Assembly (NCBI GenBank): GCA_032718475.1
Contig: JAUCBJ010008047.1
Location: forward strand, 1-64,000
Length of the DNA: 64,000 nucleotides
Reading direction: 5' to 3'
From: Nemertoderma westbladi
Lineage: Eukaryota > Animalia > Xenacoelomorpha
A program made the translations under genes and the position numbers. Each line of letters opens with the position of its first letter. The stretch's first letter is position 1. Below are positions 10,784 to 23,732 of the stretch, one piece after another. The notes below the pieces were generated by a model. It did not search any database. It saw nothing but the letters and a program-made list of their open reading frames with translations, and had not been told where the DNA came from.

Positions 10784-11874
10784 TGTAAAAGCTTTTGTGG
10801 GATAACTGATTCGTTTGCCTTGTTGGCCAGTTCCCCCCCAGTCGCTAAGAATACTCTCAAAGTGATCTACAGCTAAAAATAGTGCAAGTTACCAGCTTAT
10901 TGGCTGATTTGCTGTACGCAGGCATCTGGGCTCTGTTTAATCGGCCACCAAGCCTAGGGAGGTTGCGTCATAGCCTTGTTTTTGTATCTCCCAATAGAAT
11001 TTGAGTTAGCCTTGATTTTGACCTATCACAGAGCTGCTGAACTGAAAATTTCCTATCTCACTGCTCTTTCTCTGTGTTGAACGGGAGCTTCATGGAATAA
11101 GGGAGTTGGTATCCTCGTATAGAGCAGTAGTCACGAGTTTTACAAAGCCACGAAAGAACGGCTTTTAAATATCAAAACAAACTGGCACGATTGATCTGTG
11201 AATACTGCATACTGCTATTTGTTGTCGGTTATTCATTATATTTGTTGATGAATTATTATATTGGAATAACGAGAAATAACCCCGACACCCAATATTCTTG
11301 ATATACCGAAGGTAAGAGAGAAAGGTTACCAATAACGATTGTGACTTATGTTAAAGTGGTTTGAAGTGAATCTAATGTTATTTGATAGACCCTACATGAG
11401 TCAGTCTGTGTTCCTTTTATATGTGATTAAAATCATTGAAGATTGGCAGATTAGTGTGCAGTATTGTGCAGCATTGCGTATGAGCGAGTCTGTTAAAGAA
11501 GCAATTCCTAAAGAATGCGCCATATATGTGAATTATAATTAAGCCATATCGTTGTGAGTAGTTTAAGTCATAACTCTGTTTATATAGATAAAGCGCCACG
11601 TCCTAAAGGAACTGTTAATATTCCCGAAGGTGAATAATATTGTCAGAGATTATATAATACTGTCAGTCGAATAATACATTAAGCTTACATAGCAATAAAA
11701 TTAAACCGTCGAACCCAATCTCCCGGGAATATCCAGCGGGTGAATGGTCGCGCACGGATTGGTTTCGACTAGTGTAGTGAATCAAATACTTGTCATAGGC
11801 TAAAAAGCGATTTAATATCTAGAAGACATCTTAATTTGGCGGGTTAAACTGCCAAAGGTCTGAAAGCGCGAACA
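10784..11874 (+). mobile_element. 3' LTR of element A
   Basis: TGTAAAAGC...GCGCGAACA termini. The 3' half is homologous to the Z and B LTRs, while the 5' part has diverged. Confidence 0.85.
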
Positions 11875-11917
11875 AGGTTCCACTACTTACACTATTACAC
11901 TATTTACTAGGTTCCAC

Positions 11918-12080
11918 CTTGGTGTAGTGGTTGCTTTGAATTCACATCTCCTGTACGTCGTGGTTTCGATCCTCACATGGGCCAGGGCAGTTTTCGTTTC
12001 GGCACGAATGCTTTAAACGACCAGCCAGGTCACATCTCTGCCTTGCATCCTTAAGTGGTAGCTAGCGTTTCACCTACAAG
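11918..12080 (+). mobile_element. Possible tRNA-derived SINE head
   Basis: A-box-like TGGTGTAGTGG and B-box-like GGTTTCGATCC at tRNA-like spacing. No cloverleaf can be formed and the 3' boundary is uncertain. Confidence 0.4.
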
Positions 12081-12082
12081 AT

Positions 12083-12720
12083 GTGTGTCTTTTGTATTAT
12101 TGTGATGAATGCCATAGAACCAATCAACAAACGGAACGCTATAAGCACCCATGGAGACTTTGCGCTAAACTTAGTTTCATATGCTATACTTACGGGAGTT
12201 TTGAGCAAAATCTGTTCGACGTGCAACCCATGATCGCTCGACTCAAACGATCCTTAAGTAATCCTATGATCAGAGTTCCTGAATACTTGGTCAGACCCCC
12301 TCGCCCCTCGATGTGACCTCAAACTCTCGATCCTAAAAGTATAACTGACCCTCCTGAGTTATACTCATTTTTTAAAGATCTGGTTCTACCCAAACAACTA
12401 ATTGGTGGCATTTCAGCTGTTGGTTCCTTGGGATATTAGCCCTACATACCTAGCCGGATTGGGACATATGATCTCCCCATTCAACCCGTATAATTGGCCT
12501 GGTTTGGCACCAATCCAACATGTTACTGAAGTGGAAGAAAGTGTAGTGCAGAATGCACTTGAAGCGATCCATCAAAAGATTAGAAAGGGAACCGACGATG
12601 TCTTAGACAAACGTAAATTACATCAACAGGTACAAGCTGTGAGATAACTGTCTTTACCTCTCGGTTCGATCGAGAAATTGAAGAGTAGAATCAGCTAGAG
12701 GAGAAACATATCATAATAAG
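12083..12720 (+). pseudogene. Orphan fragment of the BEL/Pao accessory gene from a further copy
   Basis: YYCDECHRTNQQTERYKHP matches B (CYCDECPRPNQQTEGHKRP). The downstream DNA is collinear with A at about 9835-10540. Confidence 0.7.
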
Positions 12721-14145
12721 AAAGTCATAAATGTATGCAGTTTCCCCGGGGCGCGGGTGTTCGCGGGCAGTCTCCTTCGGGAGGCTGTAACTTCCTCTTA
12801 CATCATCCTCTTCCTCCAATCATTGTGACCATGGTCACTGTAACGCTGAAGGAATGAGTAATGACGCGAAAGGAAAATAACCATCCATCATAGTTTCTTA
12901 TTGATACTACCATTCCATCTCTTCCATCATCCTCTCTCTCTACCCAATGCAACCGGAACGAGTGGAGCGTTGAAAGAGAAAGAACCATCCATCACAGTAT
13001 CTTTTGATACTACCATGCCATATCCTCTTCCCTCATCCATCTTCTCTACCCAGCGCACTTGGAGCTTCTGTGGATAAATATCGACCAATCATAGCACTAT
13101 CGTGGTGCTAATGCATCGTCTTCCATATACCTCCCCACTCCTTTACTGTCCTGGCAGTCTTCCATCTGGATGTTTATATTGGTGTCCCTGAACTCCACTT
13201 AATTTATCAACGCGTTGATATATTTCAGCACCACCTCCTTATCCTCCCTCCAGATGATTGGATGATAAACAAACAACCAACTTCCTCATCATCCGGTTAA
13301 AAGGCTTCATCGTTGTCACTAACAGTATCATCAGTATACTTATTGACAGCGCCTGGAGTGGTTTATAGTTTTATGAGCATTCTTCTCCATCCTTCCTTGG
13401 CCATTTGCACCATATTCGAAAATACTGCACTTTCCGAATGGTTAGCTGATGTGTGCATTCGAACCATACGTTCCCATCCCCTTATCCTGGGAACTAAACT
13501 TGCTAAATTAGATGAATATAACAAATTCATCCGATTTGAATTTTTCAGGTGTTTTCTGACTCCGTTTCGGAACGTTGATAGTCAGTTTAAAGGTCGCGCA
13601 CTGACCAAGCTCAGCCTGTAGACTCCACCACTGAGAAACTTGATAGTGCTCGATTCGCTATCTTTAAATATATATGCATGCATACAAAATATGCATTCTG
13701 CCATTCTATATAGATCTATAGATCTGTAGATCTGATTCTGTAGATCCTTTGAGAAGAATGACTACCTCCGTAGAAATCCTACAGACTGAAGAGGAACCTG
13801 CCTGTTTGGAGGCAGATGAAATCCAACCAATGACTCCTAGGAGCAATCACACGCTGGAGTGGTATGAAGTACCTCAACGTCTTACCACTTATGACTTAGT
13901 CGGTCTATTTATCTCCGGAAAAATCAGAAGAAAGGTGCATGATGGATGCAAACTTTAGAATAATCCTACGATCTGAGGAGTTTCGTGGTGGCGATCTGAT
14001 AGTAACCCAATCTGGCCATGTTGTAAAGAAAATGGCACCCAGAGCGGGTGGGAACCCAGGGGTGAACGGTTCAGATGAAGCTGGACATCAGGCCGCAGGC
14101 GAGCACTAGGACTCTAGCCCCCCGCCCCGGCAGCATTTAAAGACT

Positions 14146-17100
14146 GTGTCGCTTGGATGCTGGAACATAAATGTCTGGACTCAATCTAACTGTGAATTGC
14201 GACAGGCTGTTACTTTAGGTGAGGAACTTGACATAGTTATTATTTGTGAAACATTTATTGATGATAACACAGATCTCTCATTTAGTAATTATAAGTGGAT
14301 TGGTAAGGCTCGCTCTACAATACGTAAGAAGGCTAAGAGGTTATCGGGGGGTATATGTATTTTCATAAAGAAGTCAATTTTGAACGATTTTAATGTCAAC
14401 TTAGTTGATACTGATATAGATGGAAAGTTAATCATTAATAATTGAGTCTTTAGTAAATGATTTTTCGTTAATGGTTTGTGGTTGCTACAGTATATTCCTC
14501 CTGAGAACTCGGTGTATGGCCGTAACGTAGATGAATTTTACCAGGTTCTATTGTCCCATATATATTCTAAGTGCGACTTAGAATATCAGGTTATATGTTT
14601 AGGTGACCTTAATGGTAGAACCGAGGATCATAGTGATCTTTTAGATGGTATTGATTCTGATTTACCGACACGTGTTAATATTGATAAAGAGATTCATAGA
14701 CATGGCAAGGCATTACTAGATTTTTGTATCTATAGTAATCTTTGTATTTTAAATGGTAGAGGGTCATATTTAACCCTATTAAACCCGGGGGGGGGGGGGG
14801 GGGGGTCAATATGATCCGCCCCGTGGTTTTTTTATTATAATTCTGAAACAAACACAGTTGGGAATCTGAAATTTTAGGACTTTTCCTAAAAATCTATTGT
14901 CTTCCTAGTAGTGAAAACCGTTTTTAAAAATATTTGGTACTTTTCGAGTTATAGCACCATTTTTTAACCCTAATTTTGGCACTTTTTTTGAGGCGTTTTT
15001 TGAAAATTACATTTCATTAAATATGAATTGTAACATCTCTATTTTTGATTTACACCGGTTTTTTGGTGTTAGAAATTGGATGGAATTCATATAAATTGAT
15101 TTAGAAATTTCAAACTTGTTTTTTCGGTGGGTGCCAAATTTTGGTGCCAGCACCAAATTTTGAAATAAGTCAATTTTGTAAATTGATTGTTTGAAACTTG
15201 TTTTTTACGCAATTGAGGTTTTTTGGGGTTCTGGATTCGATGAAATATATACGAGTTGCACCAAGCGTATCAAACTTGTATTTTTCGGTGCTGTGTGCAA
15301 ATTTTGGTGCTAGCACGAAATTTTGAAAATCCATTCAATAGATAAAATTGCTTGTGACAATTTATTTCTTGCGTTTTAGAGGTTTATGGCTGTTCTGAAT
15401 TCAATGGAAAATATAATTATCGAACTAGACATCTCAAACTTGTATTTTTCGGATGTGGGTGCAAAATGTGGTGCTAGCACCAAATTTTGAAAACTATCAA
15501 ATATATCAATTGATTGTGTCACCTTGTTTCTTGCGTTATACGGGTTTGTGATGGTTCTGAATTCAATGGAATCAGTAAAAATTTCATAAGAGTTCTCAAA
15601 CTTGTATTTTTCGCCGGTGGGTGAAAATTGTTGTGCCAGCAGCAAATTTTGGAAAATATGCAAATTGATAAGTAGATAGTATCACCTTGTTTCTTGCGTT
15701 ATACGGGTTTATGAGGGTCCTGAATCCGATGGAATCAATAAAAACAGCACTGGACATCGCAAACTTCTACTTTTTGGAGATGGGTACGAAATTTGGTGCT
15801 AGCACCAAAATTTCCCAAATTACGCCGAAAAATACAAGTAGCAATGATCTGGCATATTAGAAATGTATTCCATTAGAATCAGCGCCCTCGAAAACCTGAA
15901 AATGTGAATTTATAGCATCGTATAAGTGAATTAAAAATTTTGTGTTCTAACTGAAAAGTGCTGGTTACTTGTTTTTTTCATTTTTTTCCTACGCAGAGAG
16001 GACTAAACAGCCCTTTATAGTATATATATCATTTTTAAATATTTTCCAATGTATTTTGCGCCCCAGAAAACCTGTATTGAAAAACAATCACAATCATCTC
16101 AACAACCGAAAAATGTAACTTTCAAATTTTGTGAAAATTGTGCACTACTTGTAATTTTGGTGCTGCAATATAACCACCCCAGTACATTTTTTCGAAAATT
16201 TTTTTTTTCGGTCGGATCCAGACAAGTGATACCTACGTACAAACAAAAAATCAGACGTTTTCGTAAATATTTGTAGATTTTAGAGGGGGGGTCAATATGA
16301 CCCCCCCCCCCCCCCCCGGTATTTGTACAACATTTTATTGCCCGGTACTAATAGGGTTAAGAGGGCTATATTTAATGATTATACTTGTACTAATAGTAGG
16401 GGATGCTCAGTAGTTGTCTACATACTTACCAGTTCATCGGAATTTGATAGATGCATTGATTTTAATATTTTATCCAGTGTACAATGTGCTGACAAACATA
16501 ACTGTGTGCGACTGATTAGTGGTCAATCTAGACTACCGGATCATGCTCTATTAAGATAGCTACAAATAATGTGGGCGTGTGTACTGCTGATAGTGGCTCG
16601 ACTCATGCAACTTGTAAAACTAGTGATAGCTGTATTTTTAAACTTAAAAAATTTCGATTTGATTCAGTGCCAGTTAACATTTTAAATAATTATTTTGCCT
16701 GGGGTGCCATAGAGATAATTTGTAATAAGCTTGAAAGTGTAAACTCTGAGCGAGATATGATGGATGAAATCTTTTCAAATATTTGTGAACTTATTATTGG
16801 TGAATGTGAAACTATTTAAAACCTATAAATTCTGCTGGAACTGATTAAAAAATTTAAATATCATAAACCATACTGGGATGAGCAGCTGACTAATCTGTGG
16901 AAAATCTTTCATGAAAACGTAAAGAATTTGAAATGAGTAAAAAGGGGAACATGGGAACAGGGATTTGCAGAGCGCGGTAAATAAATCCCAGCATGTATTT
17001 GATAAAGAATTGCGACGGAAGAAGCGGTCATATCAATCACAAGTTGCGAATAAACTCGATTCCTTGAATGTGTGTAACCCGAAAATATTTTGGAATCAAA

Positions 17101-17854
17101 TAAAGTTACTAGGACCTAAAAGTTATAACAGAATTACGCTCGAAGTAATCAATGATAATGGCCAGACGTGTATTGACCTACCGGACGTTTTAAATACATG
17201 GAACGTTGAGCTGATGAGTTCAATGGTTTACTAAATCGTGTGCTCCCCGATTACGCAGATAATGACTTCTTCAGTGAGGTGATGCTTAGATAAACCGAGT
17301 TGTCATGGATAATGGAAAGTCCGTTATATGAGCGAGACTCAATGTTGAATAGACCGTTTGACATGAGCGAGATAGAGCAAGCAGTTGGAAAATTGAAGTT
17401 AAACAAAAGTGGTATTGATGGGATTCCGAATGAAATTCTCCGCTTGCCGAGTTTGTTGCCTTTGTTATGCCAACTATTTAATAAGATTTTAGATACTGGT
17501 TGTATACCTTCTATGTGGTTGCAAGCACTCATAAAACCTGTGTATAAGTCTGAATGCAAGTATGTACCGTTGAATTATCGTGGAATTAGCCTTCTACCAT
17601 GTATCAGTAATTTATTCACAAGTATGCTAAATTCTAGAATAAGTGCATGTTGTAATAAATTTAATATATGCAGTGACGAGCAGTGCGGTTTTCGTGAGGG
17701 AAGGTCATGTATGGATAATATATACTCACTAGATTCTATTATAGTTAGTTGGCGAAGAGTAACAGGTCAGTCAACGTTTGTAGCCTTTGTTGACTTTAAG
17801 AAGGCCTTTGATTGTGTAAATCGGGATCTCTTGGTGGGAAGAAACATTTTTTAA
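14146..17854 (+). pseudogene. Decayed non-LTR retrotransposon ORF2 (APE endonuclease + RT; CR1/L2-group-like), 3' truncated, interrupted by a DNA transposon
   Basis: APE motifs: CWNIN, ICETF, SGGICIF, YIPP, LGDLNGR, LCILNGR, PDH. RT motifs: GIDGIPNE, NYRGISLL, QCGFREGRSC, FVDFKKAFD. Multiple stops. Confidence 0.85.
14774..16356. mobile_element. Non-autonomous TTAA-specific (piggyBac-like) DNA transposon with internal ~120-bp repeats
   Basis: TTAA|CCCTATTA...TAATAGGG|TTAA. The interior holds about 7 degenerate units containing AAATTTTGGTGCTAGCACCAAATTT. No transposase ORF. Confidence 0.8.
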
Positions 17855-17887
17855 AAACATTAAATTTCATTAACGTGATTGATACCC

Positions 17888-18322
17888 ACTAGACTATGTG
17901 ACCAAGTGAATTTGAAATTTTCGAGTGACTATTTTTAAACATCAATAACTTCGGTTCTACTGGGCCGTTTGATCTGAAACTTTTTTCTTTGGATAGAGGA
18001 TAGATTGTAGTGTGTGAATTAGGATACAACTTGGGAAAAGGCGCATGTGCACTTAGTGCAAAATGCACTTAAATAGTGCACATTTTTTAGATAATTCAAA
18101 CACTATTATTTCAAGTTCTATACATCCTAGAATGTTATTTTTTGGGTTAAAATGTAGTTTGGAGTGATTTCTAACTATAATCTTAACATAATTGTTTATT
18201 TTTATGTATATAAAGTGACTTAAAATGTCCGGTAAATGGTCCAAAATCGCAAATGTCGCGATTTTTTGACACTTTTAGCGACTGACACTTGATCATGCAC
18301 CATCGTAGATCGGTAGAGGATA
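17888..18322 (+). repeat. Interspersed repeat, copy 1 (unclassified non-autonomous DNA-transposon-like)
   Basis: About 435-bp direct repeat of 20822-21277 (ACTAGACTA.GTGACCAAG...GGTAGAGGATA). Confidence 0.7.
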
Positions 18323-20821
18323 GACATAAGTGTGTTAAATAGGAACCACCTTTAGGATCCGCTGAAGTGCACTTGTGCAAATATGTGTGCAAATGTGCAA
18401 TTTTTTTAATAAGGTCAAATGGTGTATTATTGGGTTCTTTTCGTTGCAGATAGTTTATTTTCATATTAATATGTTGTTTGGACCTTACTGAGCGCATTGG
18501 GAGTATGTGTACACATAACCGGTCCTTATAAGGGTTCGATTTGTTAAATTAATAAAAAAATAAGGTTGAAATATTCTAAAAAACCAGTGTGATCTTAAAT
18601 GAACTTTAAACAATAAATAGAGATCAGATAACAAATGGACCACACAATTTATTAACAAACTCGCACCTTTTCGGACTTATCTCTTCAATTTTATTCAACA
18701 GTGGATATTTGGGGGAAGTTAGAGAACTCCATTTATGCAGTGATTCTAACTTCCTTCCCCCTTCGTAATATAATATACCAAAGGCACATTCTTTGGAGGA
18801 CCTGTTGTTTACTATGTAGACTTTGTTCAACCTAAACAACTTAAGTCAGATTAACAATATCATCCTGTAAAATTTCTAAGCAATTAGTGGTATGAATAAT
18901 GCTGATCTTCGAACTATGGTTCTGTAATTAAATTTTATTAATTCAACATCTATAGGGATTTACCAGTGAAAGAAACCTAGAATCCATTATCACAATATAA
19001 CAGTATCAATAACCATATCTATTCTATGTAGATCATAATAGAGACGTCTAGCTCGAAAACTACTTAACTTACGGGAGATTTGTTTACACAAAATTATTGT
19101 GCGTTAAATTATCTATCTAACAGCGTTAGTTACAGCGCGTAGCTAATATACAACTGGAGCGGCAGACGATCGTGTGAAATATTATATTTATAAGAAAGGG
19201 ACGAAAAAATTTTTTCTTAATAAATCGCTACTCTATTATAATTGAGCTTTTTGCGCCAAAACTACCTGTAAAATATAGAAAATTAACTCCGCTATCATTT
19301 TTCTTAACACTTATAATTAAAATTACGAATTTTAAGGGTCAAAAAATATCGCATAATTTTTGCCCTTTTTTTCATTTTTTTTGGGGCCAAAAATGACCCC
19401 CTCTCTAAAGATAGAAAAAAAAATTACGGCAAAGAATATACCAATTTTATTGAATTTGGACAACCAGAACCGAAGTTAGAGCGATTTTAGTGAATAAATA
19501 AAAATATTTTTTTTTTGCAAAAAATTAAGAATGGTCAATATTGGATATCGTACCCGCGAACTTAGGTATCACTAACACGTTCGTGGGGCCTTCGCGCAGG
19601 ACAAGGTCCCGTTATGAGATACAAATTAAAACTGAGCGACTGTATCACAAAATCAGTATTTGAGAAATTTAACCATACCGACAATCAATCAAAGAAAGGG
19701 GGACAGTACGTGTTCAGCCCTTTTAATCTGCCCCCCCCCCCCTTCCTACCAACCAATACATAACCACGACATCTACCACCCAAGGGGAGGAAGGGTAGCA
19801 CAAACTTATTTCCAATCACACGTTCAATATGCGAAGCCATGATGTGGTTTATAGGAAATATCAAGAATTCGAGAAAATCGAGAATACGAGAAACTTGATC
19901 GAAATACCTGCTCATCCCAGTATCCGTCCGTAGTCACCGGACAGCTGCGGTTTATTCCCGTAGAACAGTAGAATTCCCGCAGCTTCCGACCCAATTCGAC
20001 AACGAATTCGCATAACACTTTCGCGTGGCAGAGAACGTAATCCGGTACGATACACGTCTGCCAGACTTTCAACAATTTCCCCCAGGCGATCCCAGGATCT
20101 GGCTGTCCGGGCCTCCGCTAAATCCAAATCGCAATCCTCGTCGATTCGTCCAGTCGTCGACGTAAGTCGGACTCTTCCCACCGCACTCCAAGGTGGGTGG
20201 CCTGAGTGAGGCATGAGGAACTTGGCAGCGGCCCGCATTACGATCCGACCAACTGCCGCATTTGGCATTCCCAGTGTAGTAGGCCCTAAATATAATCTTA
20301 CTGACAAGCAAGCAATTCCGTAGTATTTATTCCTCAGTTAATCGCATCTTGATGCCACTCGGCTGCTCGGGTCCAGATACACCGGACTGTCGGAAGCTGC
20401 TTAGATGAAGAAGTTGTTAAGATGGCCTTGCCAACGACCTGAAGACCGTACTGGTAACTCTGTACCACTGTAACAGTTAACAGTACCGGTACCGTACTGT
20501 AATCCTGTAATCTCCTAGCAACCAGCTGATGCCAAGCCTAATAATTTTTGGGTAGATTAATTTATTATAAATGTAAGACAGTTACACAGATGCTGCATGA
20601 AGACCCCATGCAAATTCAACTTGGAAAATTTCTAAACTTTGGCCAGACTACATGTTACATGTTACAAATTTCATTAACATTTGGCTGAGTTATTAACGTT
20701 TAAAATTGGACACAACAGAAACAGATCGACAGAGCAACAGACACACCGATTGAGTTAGTGGTACCTGTATGCTAAGCTCGCTTACTTTCGTCGCTCGCCC
20801 CACATGAATGATAACCACTAG

Positions 20822-21277
20822 ACTAGACTACGTGACCAAGATAATTTGAAATTTTCGAGTGACTATTTTTAAACTTCAATAACTCCGGTTCTACGGGGCC
20901 GTTTGATCTGAAACTTTTTTCATTGGATAGAGGATAGATTGTAGTGTGCGAAATAGGAAACAAATTGGGAAAAGACGCATGTGCACTTAGTGCAAAATTC
21001 ACTTAAAAAGTGAACATTTTTTCGATATTTCAAACACTATTATGTCCAGTTCTATTCGTCGTAGAATGTTATTTTTAATTTTTAGAATTAAAATGTAGTT
21101 TGGAGTGATTTCTAACTATAATCTTATCATTTGTTTAACTTTTTATGTCTATAAAGTGACTTAAAATGTCCATGAATATGGTCCAAATTCGCAAATGTCG
21201 AGATTTATTAAATTGGATTTTTGACACTTTTAGCGACTGACACTTGATCCTACACCATCGTAGATCGGTAGAGGATA
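20822..21277 (+). repeat. Interspersed repeat, copy 2, truncated at the CRE-like fragment
   Basis: Direct repeat of 17888-18322. Confidence 0.7.
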
Positions 21278-22150
21278 AGGCTTTGCAGGACATTGCTTTT
21301 GCCGTGAGGACCAGCCAGTGCATAATCTTGTACTTTGGTAGCCTCATGGAGTGAATAAGCATGGTGGACAGCCCATGATTTTCTTGAGACGCATCTTAAA
21401 GGACACTGGCCTTGAAGATGCGGATGATCTAGCAAATGTCATGGTTGTCACAGTTGGTGATCAAACTCTGTCAGTAAAACTGACTCATCTGCGGGTTTCG
21501 CAGCGGGGTGTTTTTCATGCAGGACATCGCGGACTACCTTTGTTACCCCGTCCTTGTCGGTAAACGTCTCGTCCAGGCGGAGCGGTTTGCCTCTAGTCAG
21601 GTCGCGGAGACATCGCGTCGCCGCAGACACATTCCCTGTCAACATTTGTCTGATGAACGTTTTCTGGCGCATAACCTCCTGTGAATCGAATTGTCTTTGG
21701 AAGATGCGACTGAATCGCCCGGGCCTCAATAAGTAGCTCATTGAAATTACCCGCTTTCCAAGATTCTAGTCTACGTTCTAGAATTCGTCTGTGTATGGCC
21801 GTCGTTGATGAACGTCCAGGCTTCTGAAGCAACAGCGCCGGCATCAACAACAATGCAGTAAGAGAAACTTCCTGCAGCATGTTGTTGGTGGTGGCTAGAA
21901 TCAAGATTCGACACATTTCCTCAACGAAAGCCCGCCCCCCAGCCCCCTGAGGCACTAGGAATAGGTTGGGCCGCCAGTGAACTATAACACCATAAGCATC
22001 CGCGATAGACTTTTCGATATGCTGTTTGGGTAATTTAACATGTGCCCAGGTAACCTCTGTTGAACCGGTGACATGAGAAGGCCCTGCTAGCGGCGCTGGC
22101 CCCACTGATGAACCGGTTGGGGGAACCAAGGGGCTAATCCCAGACGCCTA
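21278..22150 (-). pseudogene. Fragment of a CRE-clade non-LTR retrotransposon (region N-terminal to RT)
   Basis: IVHWRPNLFLVPQGAGGRAFVEE...MPALLLQKP...LERRLESWKAG...EARAIQ, then GNVSAATRCL and LHEKHP. This pattern resembles animal CRE elements from memory. Frameshifted. Confidence 0.65.
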
Positions 22151-23732
22151 GACGTTTAACCACCGTTTGCGCAGTTTCCGTTCCTCCTGGGAGCACAACT
22201 CGAACACTGCTGACCCTCTATGGCACAGACGCATCTCTTGCAGCGGCGCCCCGACTTGGAGTTGCTACAGCCGCAACAAACCATTCCAAAAAACCCCACG
22301 TGAATCCCCAAACGAACCCGAAATCTAGTGGCGTCAGAAAGTCTGACAGTCAGACATCAATTCCGTTATGTTGTAGGCTTAGGGACTGGTACTGGTGTAC
22401 TCTTGATCGCGAAGTTCTATTGTAAAGCTACATTACTGTTACAAAGCTGTATTGGCTTATTGAATGATATACTGTACTTTACATATCGTGGCAAGTACTT
22501 GTTAAGAAGATAGCAAGTAGACTTTACAATTACTTAGTATGTGTAGCAGGGATTTTCAACAGGTTAGTACAACAATCCACCACATATAGGGTTATATCAG
22601 ATATGTGTCAGCTAATTTGGTTTTTTGCTTGTTGTTGTTGATTATTGGACCTACTTGACAGTTTATAAGTCAACATTAAATCTCTGCTACTTGCTATAAA
22701 ATGGCGGGACTTGATTGGCTACAATTTGGACTAAGCGGGATTGCAGGATTAAGTGGAATACTGTAGAATTATCTCTCTTCGATATCTTCGATAAATTCGA
22801 ATTATATTTGTTATTTTGAATTACTTTGTTATTACCAAAATTCACAGTGTATTATATATTTTATATTTCCCTATTGGCCATTCAAAATAGGCCTACATTT
22901 TACAATCATTCAATAGGTCTTTACTTTTACTTGGAGAACAAAGTTTCGATGAATTTAAATAACAAATTTCCTAATTGGCATGGCCGCTTTGAATTACAGT
23001 ATTATACAATGCTTTAATTTTTTCTCACCTCAAGTACATTAATCTTCTCTTCAAATTCTGAAGCTTCCTCCAAATGGTACTCCCCAAGTATTACCTGAAC
23101 TGACCTGTTATGATAATAATTATAATTAATTTCACATAAACATACTGTAGTTTAGTTTTTAAAGTTTGTAAAGTATTGTATGTTTTTTGTTGGATATTAG
23201 CTTTTGAGAATTAGTTTAGGTAAATAAATTTCGTCCATTTATACGAGATTTCTCTATGCATTATTACTTAGATACTGCGCAAGGATTCTGCTCATTATAT
23301 ATACTCTGCAGTTTTCTAACTATGGAAATAATCTAATGCAACTCTCACAAATAGATGCGAGATGATAGTCCTGGAGATAACTATTGTGTCGTCGTTCATC
23401 TGAATTTAAATATGTTTCAACCCCCAAAGATCTCACCACACCCCAATTGAGATGGGTGAACAATATGATATATACACGGGTCGGAGCACCAACACAAGAC
23501 AGACTTACTGTGGGTACAGTACTTTATCTGTCAGCCAATTTATGAATATAGCGATGCTTCACTTACAGCAGGACTCATTATTATGTGCTTTAGTGAAGTC
23601 CTATCACCAATTCTGTGATCTGCCCAGCAGTATTTTTTCTGTTTTGAGGATAATCGGAATTGTGAATTGTTTCTGCAGCTGCTGCCTTAACTTCCTTTGT
23701 AAAGAAAGCCCTTACTCACACAGTGATCTACT

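Larger units (their letters stand above)
1451..11874 (+). mobile_element. BEL/Pao LTR retrotransposon A, internally deleted, 5' end interrupted by element Z
   Basis: Leader, gag-PR ORF, post-pol spacer, accessory-gene remnant, PPT and 3' LTR are all collinear with element B on the opposite strand. Confidence 0.9.

Noticed and set aside
14787-14805. Long G/C homopolymers as regulatory G-quadruplexes (also about 16300 and 43798)
   Set aside because: Subterminal features of the piggyBac-like element; run lengths are unreliable in assemblies.
15376-15663. Repeat-protein ORFs (FQNLVLAP...; also 44066-44646)
   Set aside because: Translations of the non-coding 120-bp repeats; frames are not conserved between copies.
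19824-20311. GC-richer minus-strand ORFs as a transposase fragment
   Set aside because: Only a vague resemblance (VTTDGYW) and no convincing catalytic motifs. A profile search is needed.
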